DNA of 64,000 nt, taken from assembly GCA_963744905.1 (NCBI GenBank), contig CAVUUV010000003.1, positions 513,503-577,502 of the forward strand, written 5' to 3'. The position numbers and the translations under genes were made by a program. This document shows, piece by piece, positions 25,167 to 35,359 of the stretch. Source of the stretch: an uncultured Acidimicrobiia bacterium. Lineage in GTDB: Bacteria; Actinomycetota; Acidimicrobiia; Spongiisociales; ZC4RG35. Within the stretch, counting starts at the first letter, position 1; each line of letters begins with the position of its first letter. The notes below the pieces were generated by a model. The model saw only the letters and a list, made by a program, of their open reading frames with translations, ran no database searches and was not told the origin of the DNA.

Positions 25167-26534
25167 TCACTGCTCGAGCTTGTAGCAAGCTCCGTCGAAC
25201 TGATAGTCGGCGGTTATCTGGGCCGTGTAGTCGAACTCCGTGATCGAAGAACCGGTCGGCGAGTTCGGATCGGGCCGGGCCATGTTGGTCTTGCGCTGGA
25301 CCTGCTCGTTGGGGGCGCCAACGTAGGTCTCGGGCGCTGCCAGTCCCTTGAAGTCGACGCTCTCCAGCGACTTACCCGCCGCCAGCACGCCGGCTCGAGT
25401 CATATCACCGTTGTCGTAGGCCTTCAAGAGGGCCTGATGCAGGATCGTGGCCTCGACGTAGCCCTCGTTGTAGTAGTCGAGAGGCGGGGCGTCGGGCTTG
25501 AGCTCCTTCATCAGCGCGGTCATGTCCTGGCTGCCCTCGGAGTCTCCGTCCCAGGTGTCCACGTAGGTGCTGATGTACACGTCGCGGGTCACTGCATCGG
25601 CGATCTCCGACTGCATGAAAGCCGGGCTCCAGGACGGTGACGTCCCGGTCCACTTGCCCTCATATCCCTGGGCCACGGCCTGGCCGAAGACGGACGAGAA
25701 CGCGGCCGGGGTGGCCGAGAAGAACACCAGGTCCGGGGACGCCGCAGCGATCCCGTTGGCGATCTCGGTCAGGCTGGCGTCATCACCGGGAATCGCCTTG
25801 CCGGTGGCGTCGTACACCACTTCCAGGCCCAGCGCCTCGGCCGCCTTGGCGGCACCGGTGGCACCGTCGAGACCGTAGTCACCAGGGATCGAAGCGATGG
25901 CGATGGTGGAGGCTCCGCCGATGTCGTTCGACATGTAGTCGATGGAGTTCATGGCCTCCAGGCAGTAGGGCGACCCGTGATGCAACAGGTTGGCGTTGAG
26001 GGCCGGGTCGGTCCAGCCCGAGTACCAGGTCAGGGGGATGGCCAGCATGTCGTCCTCGGCCAGGTTGGGCAGGATCGCCACCGTGTGAGGAGACCCCGTC
26101 GAGTGACCGATGGCCACCACGTCGTTGTGGATCTTCTCGTACTTCTGGATCTGAGTCGGCACGTCGTAGGCGTTGTCCTCGATAACGAGGTTGACCTTGA
26201 GGCCGTTGATCCCGCCATTGTTGTTGACGTTCTCCCAGTAGACCTCGTGACCCGACACGATGGCCGAGACCAGCGGTGCGAAAGGCCCGCTCAGGTCGGA
26301 CAGAAGCCCGACGTTGATCGTGCCCGCCTCGATATCGACCCCGTGGTCGGTCTTGATCTCGCCGCCCGGGGCCATGGTCGTAGCCGTGCTCCCTCCGGTG
26401 GTCGTCTCGCTCATGGCAGTGGTCGACGACGAAGCCGGCGCGGCCGTCGTCTCCGTGGTGCCGTTGCCGCCGCAGGCGGCCAGCACCATGGCCAGTACCG
26501 CCGCGAGCGCAAGCGCTCTGCTCCAATGTCTCAT
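25167..26534 (-). CDS. ABC transporter substrate-binding lipoprotein (Leu/Ile/Val-binding family)
   Basis: Signal peptide with lipobox MRHWSRALALAAVLAMVLAACGG, a Ser/Thr-rich linker, then a periplasmic binding domain. The 916-aa ORF in the track merges this gene with out-of-frame sequence. Confidence 0.8.
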   Translation of the reverse strand: MRHWSRALALAAVLAMVLAACGGNGTTETTAAPASSSTTAMSETTTGGSTATTMAPGGEIKTDHGVDIEAGTINVGLLSDLSGPFAPLVSAIVSGHEVYWENVNNNGGINGLKVNLVIEDNAYDVPTQIQKYEKIHNDVVAIGHSTGSPHTVAILPNLAEDDMLAIPLTWYSGWTDPALNANLLHHGSPYCLEAMNSIDYMSNDIGGASTIAIASIPGDYGLDGATGAAKAAEALGLEVVYDATGKAIPGDDASLTEIANGIAAASPDLVFFSATPAAFSSVFGQAVAQGYEGKWTGTSPSWSPAFMQSEIADAVTRDVYISTYVDTWDGDSEGSQDMTALMKELKPDAPPLDYYNEGYVEATILHQALLKAYDNGDMTRAGVLAAGKSLESVDFKGLAAPETYVGAPNEQVQRKTNMARPDPNSPTGSSITEFDYTAQITADYQFDGACYKLEQ

Positions 26535-26620
26535 TCGTTCTCCTCCTGTATCCGTATCCCGGTCCCGTCCTGGGGACGGAACCCCGCCGGACCCTGATGG
26601 GCCCGGACGCTCGTGTGAAC

Positions 26621-27883
26621 TCAATATGTGAATGGCCAGCCCTTCCAGTAATTGCGGATCCGGAGCCATATACCGTACAGGCCCAGCGGCTCGAAGATCA
26701 GAAAAACGACGATCAAAAGGCCATAGATAACAAGGTTGAGCTGCTGGGTACTGAGTCCCGGTGCCACCCCGGCCGAGGTGTTGACCAGGCCGAAGTCGCC
26801 CGAGCCGGTCGAGATCAGCGGATCGAGGATCGTGGCCCAGAACCCCCCGCCGGCGACCGCTCTCTGTAACAGGGCGGTGAAGTCGTCGACCAGACGGGGC
26901 AGGAGGATCACGAAGGCGGCGCCCAGCGTGGCCCCGGAGATGGTCCCGATCCCACCGATGAGAATTATGGCGATGAATTCCACCGACAAGAGCAGGTCCC
27001 ACTGCTCGGGAATGGTGCGACCGATGAACACCGCCAGCAAGGCACCGGCGATCCCCGCATAGAACGAGGAGATGGCGAACGCCATGGTCTTGGTCTTGAA
27101 CTCGTTGACGCCCATGATCTCGGCGGCAACGTCCCGGTCCCGGATCGACATGAAGGCCCGGCCGATACGGGTGCGCTGGAGGTTCTTGGCCACCACCGTG
27201 AGCAGGACCGCCAGCAGGGCAACGAAGAGGTAGGTCTTGGCGGTGGAGCTGAGATGGAGAAATCCGAACCAGGGATTGTCGTTGTCCAGGCTGAAGAAGG
27301 GTGTCTCTTCCTTCCAGAAACGAAAATCGAAGGCGGGGAAAGTTCGCCCGGACTGCGACCCGCCGGTGATGAAGTCCAGGTTGATCCACAAGTACTGGCC
27401 GATGAACACCAGACCCAGGGTCACGATGGCCAGGTACAGACCGCGCACCCGTACCGCCGTGGGTGCGATCACCACCCCCAGCAAGGCGGGCACGATCCCG
27501 GCCAGGGGCAGCCACACCCAGATGGGCAGGCCCAGGCCCCATAGGGCCCCCTGAGCGGAGCCGAAGATGGCGGCGGTGTAGGCGCCCACGGCCATGAAGA
27601 AGGCATGACCCAGCGACACCTGGCCGGCCAGACCGGTGAGGAGGTTGAGCCCCTGGGCACCGATCACGAAGATCCCCAGGGTGACCAGCAGACGAAGCCA
27701 GTCGTCGGACGCCAGGAAATCGGGGCCGGGCAACGAGCCGCTCTCCCCGAGAGTGCCGGGCCGGAACAGCGGAATCGCCACCAGAAGCACCAGGAAGATC
27801 GTCATCATCACTCGCTGGGTAACGGTGGGGAACAGAGCTTGATCGGCCTCGTACGAGGTCCGTAGCAAGGGACGGCCCCTCAT
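26621..27883 (-). CDS. livM: Branched-chain amino acid ABC transporter permease (LivM-like)
   Basis: 420-aa polytopic permease with the motif ...QVSLGHAFFMAVGAYTAAI.... Confidence 0.8.
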   Translation of the reverse strand: MRGRPLLRTSYEADQALFPTVTQRVMMTIFLVLLVAIPLFRPGTLGESGSLPGPDFLASDDWLRLLVTLGIFVIGAQGLNLLTGLAGQVSLGHAFFMAVGAYTAAIFGSAQGALWGLGLPIWVWLPLAGIVPALLGVVIAPTAVRVRGLYLAIVTLGLVFIGQYLWINLDFITGGSQSGRTFPAFDFRFWKEETPFFSLDNDNPWFGFLHLSSTAKTYLFVALLAVLLTVVAKNLQRTRIGRAFMSIRDRDVAAEIMGVNEFKTKTMAFAISSFYAGIAGALLAVFIGRTIPEQWDLLLSVEFIAIILIGGIGTISGATLGAAFVILLPRLVDDFTALLQRAVAGGGFWATILDPLISTGSGDFGLVNTSAGVAPGLSTQQLNLVIYGLLIVVFLIFEPLGLYGIWLRIRNYWKGWPFTY

Positions 27884-28836
27884 ACCCGTCGTATCTCCTC
27901 GGAGCCGAAGAAGCCATAGGGCTTGACCAGCAGCACGATCAGCATCACCAGATAGGGCACCACCCCGCCGAATCCGGTCCCCAGGAAGCCGACCCCGCTC
28001 AGGTAGGCGGTAGCCAGCGCCTGGGCCAATCCGATGACGAAGCCACCGACGACCGCTCCCACTACCGAATCCAGACCGCCGAGAATGATGGCGGGGAAGG
28101 CGGCGAAGGCGAAGAAGGCGGTCGAGTTGTCCACCCCGGAGGCGTGGCGGGGGAAGACGGCCAGGAAGATGCCCGCCACCGCGGCCAGTCCCGCACCGAT
28201 GCCCCAGGCGATGGCGAACACCCGGCCCACGTCGATGCCCTGGGCCCGGGCCGCCTCCTGGTCGAAGGCGGTGGCCTGCATGGCGATCCCCATCCGGCTG
28301 CGGAAGAACAGGGCCACCAACACCACGAGGACGCCGGTCACTGCCACCTGGGCGATCACCGAGTAGGGAATATTCACGAAGGAGGTGTTGATCAACTGAC
28401 TCCCGAAGGGATCCCCCAGGGGGCGGGCCTGGTTGCCGATGAAATCGTTGGTGAAGGTCCGGATGACCACATCGAGGCCCAGCGTGACGATGGCCACGGC
28501 GAAGAGCTCTTCGCCCACCATGGGACGTATGAAGACTCTCTCCAGGAGCATCCCGATCGCCACCGCCACCGCCAGGGCGAGAAGCACCGAAAGGGTCCAG
28601 GTGAGCCAGCGGGGAGCATCTCCCATCCAGCGTCCCGGGATGTCGACCAGGGTGGCGAAGGACGCCACCAGGAAAGCACCCAGGGCGGCCAGGGCGCCGT
28701 GGGCGAAATTGAGCACCTGGGTGGCCTTGAAGATGATCACGAAGCCCATCGCCAACAGGGCATAGATCGAGCCCAGCGAGGCGGCGTCGACCAGCATCCT
28801 CCCGAAGGTGGTTCCGCTCGCCTGGGCGAAGATCAC
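27880..28836 (-). CDS. livH: Branched-chain amino acid ABC transporter permease (LivH-like)
   Basis: 318-aa polytopic permease with a 4-nt overlap with the livM-like gene. Confidence 0.8.
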   Translation of the reverse strand: MIFAQASGTTFGRMLVDAASLGSIYALLAMGFVIIFKATQVLNFAHGALAALGAFLVASFATLVDIPGRWMGDAPRWLTWTLSVLLALAVAVAIGMLLERVFIRPMVGEELFAVAIVTLGLDVVIRTFTNDFIGNQARPLGDPFGSQLINTSFVNIPYSVIAQVAVTGVLVVLVALFFRSRMGIAMQATAFDQEAARAQGIDVGRVFAIAWGIGAGLAAVAGIFLAVFPRHASGVDNSTAFFAFAAFPAIILGGLDSVVGAVVGGFVIGLAQALATAYLSGVGFLGTGFGGVVPYLVMLIVLLVKPYGFFGSEEIRRV

Positions 28837-28849
28837 CGTATAGACCGTC

Positions 28850-30727
28850 TCACGCGCCGTACATGTCGGCGATCAGATCGCCGAACTGGCCTTCCATGGC
28901 GTTGCGCTTGACCTTTTGGGTGGCGGTCAGCTCGCCGTCCTCGTGGTCGAGTTCCTTGGGGAGGAGGCGGAACTTGCGGATGTTCTCCACCCGGGCGAAC
29001 TTCTCGTTGGTCTCGTCGACGATCCTCTGGACCAGGTCGATCACCTCCGGCTTCTCCGACAGATCCCGGTAGGTGGTGTAGGGAATGCCCTGGTGGGTGG
29101 CCCAGTCGCCCACGTTGTCGAACTCGATCCCGATCAAGGCGGTCAGGTACTTGCGACCGTCCCCGATCACCATCGCCTCCTTGATGTAGGGCGAGGTCTT
29201 GAGGCTGTTCTCGATCTCGGAAGGAGAAACGTTCTTGCCGCCCGAGGTGATGATGATGTGCTTGATCCGGTCGACGATCTTGACGTGGGTACCGTCCACC
29301 CACTCGCCCACGTCCCCGGTCTTGAGCCAACCATCCTCGGTGAAGGTGGCCTCCGTCGCCTCCGGCTTGTTCCAGTATCCCTTGAAGACGCCGGGATGCT
29401 TGGTCTGCACCTCCCCGGTCTCTGGGTCGATGCGAAGGCCGATGTTGGGGTAGGGCTCACCGACCGTCCCCACCTTGTTGCGGCCCCAGAAGTTGATCGT
29501 GGCCACGGCCGCGTTCTCGGTCATCCCGTACAACTCGTAGACGGGGACGCCGAAGCCGATCAGGTCCCGGATCACCTCGGGAGCGATGGCTGCGGCACCG
29601 GTACCGGCCCAGCGCACCCGGCGCATGCCGATCCGCTCCTTCAGCGCCCGGAACACCAGCGGGGTGAACACCCAGTTGAGTAGTCGGGACTTCACGGTGT
29701 CGAGGCCGCCGTTGGCGACCCGTTCCCGGCCGATCACGGCCGCCGCCTTCATGCCCAACCCGAACAGCAGGCGCTTGAAGAAGGTGGCGTCCCGGCCCTT
29801 GATGAAGACGGTGGCGTGGATCTTCTCCCAGATGCGGGGAACGGCGAAGAACAGGGTGGGTTGAATCTCGCGCAGGTTCTGCTGCACCGTGTCGATCGAC
29901 TCGGCGAAGTTGAGGACGGTGCCCTGGGCGGCCAAATGCCAGGCAGAGAAGATCCGCTCCGCCACGTGACACAGAGGAAGATAGGTGAGAATCTGATCCT
30001 CGGGCCCGGGCTTGGCGTCGCCCCCCAGACGCCCATCGACGTTGATGACCTGTTCGACGCAGAACTCGAAGTTCGAATTGGTGAGCATGGCGCCCTTGGG
30101 TGGCCCCGTGGTGCCCGAGGTGTACACGAGGGTTATCACGTCCTCGGGCTGGGCCTGGGCCATGATACGCTCCACCGCCCCCGGGTGCTCCTCGGCGTGG
30201 CGACGTCCCAGATCGAGGAAGTCATCCCAAAAGATGAAGCGTTCGTCGTCCCGGTACTCGCGGAACCCGCGCGGCTCGACGTGAATGATCGTCTCGATGT
30301 TGGGCAGGCGCCCGATGACCGCCATCACCTTGTCGGCCTGCTCCTGGTCTTCGGCCAGGTGGACCTTGGCACCGGAGTCCTGGAGTAAGTACTCCACCTC
30401 AGCGGATGGGTTGGTGGGATAGAGGCCGACCGTTATCCCCCGCACTGCCACGGTGGCAAAGTCGAGGATGATCCATTCGGGGCGATCCTCGGAGTGAATC
30501 GAGACCCGGTCACCTGGCTCGACTCCGAGAGCGAGGAGGCCGTGGGCGACCAGACGAATCCTCTCCCACAGGTCTGCCCACGTGATCTCCTGCCAGATCC
30601 CGTAGTCCTTCTCCCGCATCGCCACCGCATCGGGTCTCCGCTCCGCCCAGGAGCGGACCAGGGCGGCCACTGTCGGGAACCCCGATCCAACCGGGGGCAC
30701 ATCTCGTCTGTCAGCAAGGGTGGTCAT
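28850..30727 (-). CDS. Long-chain fatty acid-CoA ligase (AMP-dependent synthetase/ligase)
   Basis: AMP-binding motif TSGTTGPPKGAML and ...YGMTE.... First gene of the operon with the Liv transporter. Confidence 0.8.
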   Translation of the reverse strand: MTTLADRRDVPPVGSGFPTVAALVRSWAERRPDAVAMREKDYGIWQEITWADLWERIRLVAHGLLALGVEPGDRVSIHSEDRPEWIILDFATVAVRGITVGLYPTNPSAEVEYLLQDSGAKVHLAEDQEQADKVMAVIGRLPNIETIIHVEPRGFREYRDDERFIFWDDFLDLGRRHAEEHPGAVERIMAQAQPEDVITLVYTSGTTGPPKGAMLTNSNFEFCVEQVINVDGRLGGDAKPGPEDQILTYLPLCHVAERIFSAWHLAAQGTVLNFAESIDTVQQNLREIQPTLFFAVPRIWEKIHATVFIKGRDATFFKRLLFGLGMKAAAVIGRERVANGGLDTVKSRLLNWVFTPLVFRALKERIGMRRVRWAGTGAAAIAPEVIRDLIGFGVPVYELYGMTENAAVATINFWGRNKVGTVGEPYPNIGLRIDPETGEVQTKHPGVFKGYWNKPEATEATFTEDGWLKTGDVGEWVDGTHVKIVDRIKHIIITSGGKNVSPSEIENSLKTSPYIKEAMVIGDGRKYLTALIGIEFDNVGDWATHQGIPYTTYRDLSEKPEVIDLVQRIVDETNEKFARVENIRKFRLLPKELDHEDGELTATQKVKRNAMEGQFGDLIADMYGA

Positions 30728-30865
30728 GTTTTCGTCTCCTCAGGTCCGCCGGACCGGTGGTGCGCGCACAATAGAGGATCGTCGCCTTCCCTGCCCTCTG
30801 ATCCCGGCAAAGTTGCTCGAAACTTGCCCGGCCAGATCCGGGCAATCCGGGCCGCTCGGGCGCGG

Positions 30866-31300
30866 TCAGGCTCCCTCGACCCATTCGGCTCCCCCGCTCC
30901 AGTGCTCCTTCTTCCACAGGGGGGCCCGGGCCTTCAACTCGTCGATCAGATATCGGGCCGCCGCGAAAGCGTCGGCCCGATGGGCCGACGACACGGCCAC
31001 TACCACCGACGGCTCCCCCACCTCCACCCGACCCACCCGGTGCTCCACCACACCGGCGAGGATCGGCCAGCGTTCCAGCGCCTCGGTCACGATGGCCCCG
31101 ATCGAGCTGGCGACCCGCTCCTCGAACGCCTCGTACTCGAGGTGGGTGACTCCGGGCCGGTCCGCAGAGTGATCGCGCACCGTGCCCACGAAGAGCGCCA
31201 CCGCCCCGGCGTCGGCGCGTCCCACCTCATCGAGGGCGTCGGACGGGACCAGCGGACGGTCCACTACGGCGATCCGGACCGGTTGGTGGTCATGCTCCAT
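30866..31300 (-). CDS. moaE: Molybdopterin synthase catalytic subunit MoaE
   Basis: ...ALFVGTVRDHSADRPGVTHLEYEAFEE...PLWKKEH.... The ATG at 31300 (MEHDHQP) is preferred over the ORF-track start. Confidence 0.7.
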   Translation of the reverse strand: MEHDHQPVRIAVVDRPLVPSDALDEVGRADAGAVALFVGTVRDHSADRPGVTHLEYEAFEERVASSIGAIVTEALERWPILAGVVEHRVGRVEVGEPSVVVAVSSAHRADAFAAARYLIDELKARAPLWKKEHWSGGAEWVEGA

Positions 31301-31314
31301 ACAATCACCAGTGT

Positions 31315-32535
31315 ATGGAACAGTCCCCGACCTCACCCCGGCACCGAGGCTCACACGAGGTGCCAGACCCGGTGTGGCCCGTAATCGATTGGCCGGCGGG
31401 GCCGATTCAACGCCCCAGCGGCCCGCTGACCGAGCCCAGACCTCGTCGCCGCCGGGACCGCTGGACCATGGTCCTCACCATCCTGGGCGGAGTCCTGTTG
31501 GGAACCGGTCTGACCCTGGGGGCTCTCGGTGTCCTCGGCCTACTGGCCCCGGCCGACGTGACCAGCGCCGCCGACACCGTCGACACCACCACTACCTCCA
31601 CCACAGCTGCGGTGCAGGCAGCATCCGCCCCGGCTTCGGTCAGTCAGGTGGCAGCGGCGGCCATCCCCTCCATAGCCGCCGTCGACACGACCGACAGCAC
31701 CGGACTGCTCGTGTCGGGCTCGGCGGTCGTTTACGGCGACGGGGGCTATCTGATCACCAACAATCACGTGGTCCAGGACGCCGTCAGCATCTTCGTCACC
31801 TTCGCCGACGGGGTGGGTTACAGGGGGGAGCTGGTCGGGACCGACCCCCTGACCGACATCGCCGTCATCTCCACCCATCGCCCCGACCTGACCCCGATCG
31901 AGCTGGGATCGGAGGACAAACTGCAGATCGGCCAGCCCGCCGTTGCGGTCGGTAACCCGCTCGGCCTGCTGGGGGGGCCCTCGGTGACGACCGGGATCAT
32001 CTCCGCCCTGGGCCGCTCTCTGACCGTCGAGGGCGAGACACGCCTGTATGGGCTGCTGCAGACCGACGCTCCCATTACGCGCGGTTCAAGCGGAGGGGCT
32101 CTGCTCGACGAGCGGGCCCATCTGATCGGGATCACCACCGCCATCGGCGTATCCGACGTCGGCGCCGAAGGCCTCGGGTTCGCGGTACCGGTCGATCTCG
32201 CAACAGGCGTGGCCGACGACCTGATCCACGACGGCACGGTCCACCACGCTCAGCTGGGCATCTCGGGCAACTCGTTCACCGACACCCGGGACGAGGCCGA
32301 AGTGCCGGTCGGGGTAGGAGTGGTCAACCTGACCCAGGACTCGGCTTACGGGGCGGCCGGCGGGCAGGTCCAGGACGTGATCGTCAGCCTCGACGGCCAG
32401 CCGGTCACCACCATCGACCAGCTCATCGCCCGCCTGCGCAAACGGCGGGCAGGTGATGAGATCTCGGTCCAGGCCGTGCGAGGCAGCCAGCATGTCGACC
32501 TGGCCGTGACCCTGGGAGAGTGGACCAGTGGCTGA
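31315..32535 (+). CDS. htrA: HtrA/DegP-family serine protease (trypsin-like domain plus PDZ)
   Basis: Catalytic triad context (YLITNNHVV, DIAVI, GSSGGAL) and a C-terminal PDZ domain. Pro/Arg-rich N-terminus then a TM segment. The start could instead be the internal Met at 31468. Confidence 0.75.
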   Translation: MEQSPTSPRHRGSHEVPDPVWPVIDWPAGPIQRPSGPLTEPRPRRRRDRWTMVLTILGGVLLGTGLTLGALGVLGLLAPADVTSAADTVDTTTTSTTAAVQAASAPASVSQVAAAAIPSIAAVDTTDSTGLLVSGSAVVYGDGGYLITNNHVVQDAVSIFVTFADGVGYRGELVGTDPLTDIAVISTHRPDLTPIELGSEDKLQIGQPAVAVGNPLGLLGGPSVTTGIISALGRSLTVEGETRLYGLLQTDAPITRGSSGGALLDERAHLIGITTAIGVSDVGAEGLGFAVPVDLATGVADDLIHDGTVHHAQLGISGNSFTDTRDEAEVPVGVGVVNLTQDSAYGAAGGQVQDVIVSLDGQPVTTIDQLIARLRKRRAGDEISVQAVRGSQHVDLAVTLGEWTSG

Positions 32536-33580
32536 CGACGATCTCTTCGCCCGGCTCTTCGAGCTCTTCAACCAGCCCGGACCGATCAACTGGAAGCTAG
32601 CCGCCGAGGTCTCCCATCATTTGACAGGCGAACGCACACCCGTCGAGCCCTGGACGGCTGAGGAATACCGGGAGCTGACCCGTCTGGCCGAGTACCGGGT
32701 GGAGCAAACCACGGGTCTGGCGGTGGTTCCCGCCTCCGACGTGCTACCGGTGGACTCCCGGGAGTGGGCGGACCGCCATCTGGAGGCCTACGGATATTTG
32801 GCCGAACCCTTCTCCGATATGGGAGGCGCCGTCGGTGGCCCCATGGCCCAGCTGGCCCCTGCCATGTTGGGGATGCAGGTCGGCTCCCTGGTCGGCGGCC
32901 TGGCCACCTGGGTCATGGCCACCTTCGACGCCGGCCTCCCCACCGACCGCCCCCTGCCCATGGCCATAGTCGTGCCCCAGATCGAGCGTTTCACCACCGA
33001 GCACGGCTTCGAGCCCAGCTCAGTCCGGCTGTGGGTCGTGTCCGAGGAGGTGGCGTACCGGACGGTCTCGGCGGTGCCCTTCACCAGCGATCACCTGCGT
33101 CAACTGCTGGAGGCGGAGGCCGCCACGGTGGACTTCGACCCGGCCTCCCTGACCGGCCTGGTGGGACTCTCCGACCCCGCCGAGATCCAGAACGCGGTGG
33201 CCGATCAGCTGGGCGGCATGTTCGACAAGGAGGAAACGGCCCGGGCCCGATCGGAGACGGAGGCTTTCCTCGGGCTCCTGGGCGGCTACGCCCGGCTGCT
33301 GGCGGAGCGGTCGGTGGCCGAATTGCTCCCCGATCGTGACCGCATCCTCATCGCCCGGGACCGAGAGCGACCCGCACCCGAGTTGCAGATCCCATTTGGC
33401 CCCGCCCCTCCCTCCACCGAGGCCATCGTACGAGGGCACGACTTCTGTCTGGAGATCGAGCGTCGCTACGGACCCGAGGAGCTGTCACGTCTGTGGACCT
33501 CGCCCGGACGCATCCCCACCGCCGCGGAGATGGAAGACCCGGTCGCCTGGGCGGCCAGGGTGCTGCTGGAGGACTTCTGA
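32528..33580 (+). CDS. Zinc-dependent metalloprotease-like protein (DUF2342 family)
   Basis: 350 aa; the GTG start overlaps the htrA stop. The family assignment comes from overall similarity to actinobacterial DUF2342 proteins and is tentative. Confidence 0.5.
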   Translation: MADDDLFARLFELFNQPGPINWKLAAEVSHHLTGERTPVEPWTAEEYRELTRLAEYRVEQTTGLAVVPASDVLPVDSREWADRHLEAYGYLAEPFSDMGGAVGGPMAQLAPAMLGMQVGSLVGGLATWVMATFDAGLPTDRPLPMAIVVPQIERFTTEHGFEPSSVRLWVVSEEVAYRTVSAVPFTSDHLRQLLEAEAATVDFDPASLTGLVGLSDPAEIQNAVADQLGGMFDKEETARARSETEAFLGLLGGYARLLAERSVAELLPDRDRILIARDRERPAPELQIPFGPAPPSTEAIVRGHDFCLEIERRYGPEELSRLWTSPGRIPTAAEMEDPVAWAARVLLEDF

Positions 33581-33582
33581 CC

Positions 33583-34038
33583 ATGCCCAAACCGGGCCAG
33601 CCTGCCCCACCCTTCTCGCTCCGCAACCAGCATTCCGAGGAAATGAGCCTGGACCACCTGAAGGGTGAGCCGGGGCTGATCGTATTCATGCCCCTGGCCT
33701 TCACCAGGGTGTGCAGTGGCGAGATGGGCGAATTCCGCGACAACCTGGCCACACTCGGCAAAGCGGGCCTGGTCGTCATCACCTGCGACAACGTCCCCGC
33801 CAACCGGGCCTGGGCCGAGTCATCGGGCTTCGAATTCCCCATTCTCTCCGACTTCTGGCCCCACGGCGAGGTGACCCGTGCCTACGGCTGTTTCGACGAG
33901 CGAATCGGAGTGGCGCGCCGTTCCACGTTCGTGATCGACGACAGGGCCATCATCACAGACGTGATATCCACCGACCACCTCCGTGAGCCCCGACCTTTCG
34001 ACGCTTATGTCGAGGCGCTCTCGGCCCTGGGCTGTTAG
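33583..34038 (+). CDS. Peroxiredoxin (AhpC/TSA-Bcp-like redoxin)
   Basis: PAPPFSLRNQHSEEMSLDHLKGEPGLIVFMPLAFTRVCSGEM, with the peroxidatic Cys in an FTxVC context. Confidence 0.65.
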   Translation: MPKPGQPAPPFSLRNQHSEEMSLDHLKGEPGLIVFMPLAFTRVCSGEMGEFRDNLATLGKAGLVVITCDNVPANRAWAESSGFEFPILSDFWPHGEVTRAYGCFDERIGVARRSTFVIDDRAIITDVISTDHLREPRPFDAYVEALSALGC

Positions 34039-34961
34039 CCGAACAGACGGCTCCAGATCCTCCCTAAGAAGCCGTGCCGGACGGGGGTGGGGAGGGACTT
34101 CAGCACGGAATCGAGCAGGTCCGGCGGCATGTCGCCGATCACCGTGAGATAGACCCCCCCGGCCTCCCAGGTCACGGTCACCCGGCCGGCCTCGAAGCTC
34201 CGCTGGTATGTTCCCGTGCCGGCCGCCACGTCCACGACCTCGGCGTCGTCGGCAAAGCCGACCGGCCCATCGGTCACGGCCACCCCCAGGGAGAAGAAGC
34301 CGTCCGAGTAATAGGAGAGGGTTCCCTCCTGGAGGGGGTAGGTGTCGAGGAGGCGGAATCCCTCCATCGCTGCCGGCAGTTGTGAGGGCGCCCGGTCGAG
34401 AGGAGGGGTCTTTTCCACATCCAGCGTCGGAGCCGAGGCGGGGAGGGGTGACGGCCCGGGCTGAAAGGCCACCATGCGACGGTCGCAGTACACGGAGCCG
34501 TCTTCGGTGAGAGTTGTGACCCTCACCAGGGCCCGAGTTTCGGTATCGACGGTCAGCCTGGCCCGCTCGACATCCTTCCTGGAGACAGACACCTGGACGG
34601 CAGGGCGGCCCAGGTAGGTGAGATCAGACCGATCCCCCACCTCGTATAGAGGGGAACCATCCTGACTCGTGGTTCCTTCCACCGCCGCAGCTTCGATCTT
34701 GTCGCCCGAGATGGTGGCGGCCATGCCGGGGGCGGCCGTCGCCAGGGGACGGCCGGGGTCGCTCGACCAGGCCACCACCGAGCCATGGTCCTGGGCCATC
34801 TCGAAGATCGAGTCACGGGGACCGTCCGGGGTCTCGCATGTGACCAGCTGCTCCCCAGAGAACTGGGCATCGGCGGAGCGCTCCAGATAGTTGCCCAGAT
34901 CACCGGTGAGAGCGGAGGGGACCACCAGGCTGGCGATGGTCAGGATGACCGCCAGAGTCAC
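34035..34961 (-). CDS. MucB/RseB-like periplasmic protein, translationally coupled to rseA
   Basis: The GTG start at 34961 overlaps the rseA stop (GTGA). N-terminal TM. The C-terminal region (LPAAMEGFRLLDTYPLQEGTLSYYSDGFFSLGVAV...GGVYLTVIGDMPPDLLDSVLKSL) resembles the RseB C-terminal domain. Confidence 0.5.
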   Translation of the reverse strand: MTLAVILTIASLVVPSALTGDLGNYLERSADAQFSGEQLVTCETPDGPRDSIFEMAQDHGSVVAWSSDPGRPLATAAPGMAATISGDKIEAAAVEGTTSQDGSPLYEVGDRSDLTYLGRPAVQVSVSRKDVERARLTVDTETRALVRVTTLTEDGSVYCDRRMVAFQPGPSPLPASAPTLDVEKTPPLDRAPSQLPAAMEGFRLLDTYPLQEGTLSYYSDGFFSLGVAVTDGPVGFADDAEVVDVAAGTGTYQRSFEAGRVTVTWEAGGVYLTVIGDMPPDLLDSVLKSLPTPVRHGFLGRIWSRLFG

Positions 34962-35359
34962 GGCAGCTCCACCTCCCTGGGCACCACCAGTTTCATCGAT
35001 GCCGACCCCGCATCCAGGGAAGCCCTGGCCCCGAACTGCCGGCTGATATCGGACACCGCGATGGGTCGGGGAGTGGCAACCAGCGTGGCGACCGCAATTA
35101 CTGCTGCCGCTACCGCGGCCACGGCGCCCAGCCATAGCGAGCGCCGGCTTCGATGGCCTTCGTCCACGCGGGCGGGAATCAGCCCGGCAGGCATTTCGAG
35201 CATGGGCAGAGACCGCACCGCGGCCCGCATCTCGTTGATCTGATAGAGCTGTCGGCGGCAATAGGCACAGTCGGCCATGTGAGACCGGAGCCTTCGGGAC
35301 TCGGCCGGGGTGGTCTCGCCGTCGAGGTAGGCGGACAGGAGCCCTTCGGGATGGTTCAT
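34958..35359 (-). CDS. rseA: Anti-sigma factor, ZAS-type (HxxxCxxC) with a C-terminal transmembrane segment (RseA/RsrA-like)
   Basis: HMADCAYCRR zinc-binding motif and the hydrophobic segment LWLGAVAAVAAAVIAVATLV. 4-nt overlap with sigE. Confidence 0.65.
   Translation of the reverse strand: MNHPEGLLSAYLDGETTPAESRRLRSHMADCAYCRRQLYQINEMRAAVRSLPMLEMPAGLIPARVDEGHRSRRSLWLGAVAAVAAAVIAVATLVATPRPIAVSDISRQFGARASLDAGSASMKLVVPREVELP

Noticed and set aside
25167-27917. 916-aa ORF spanning the Liv region
   Set aside because: Only the 3' 455 codons are a coherent substrate-binding lipoprotein. The rest is out-of-frame overlap with the livM-like permease gene and has Arg/Gly/Pro-rich junk composition typical of high-GC read-through ORFs.
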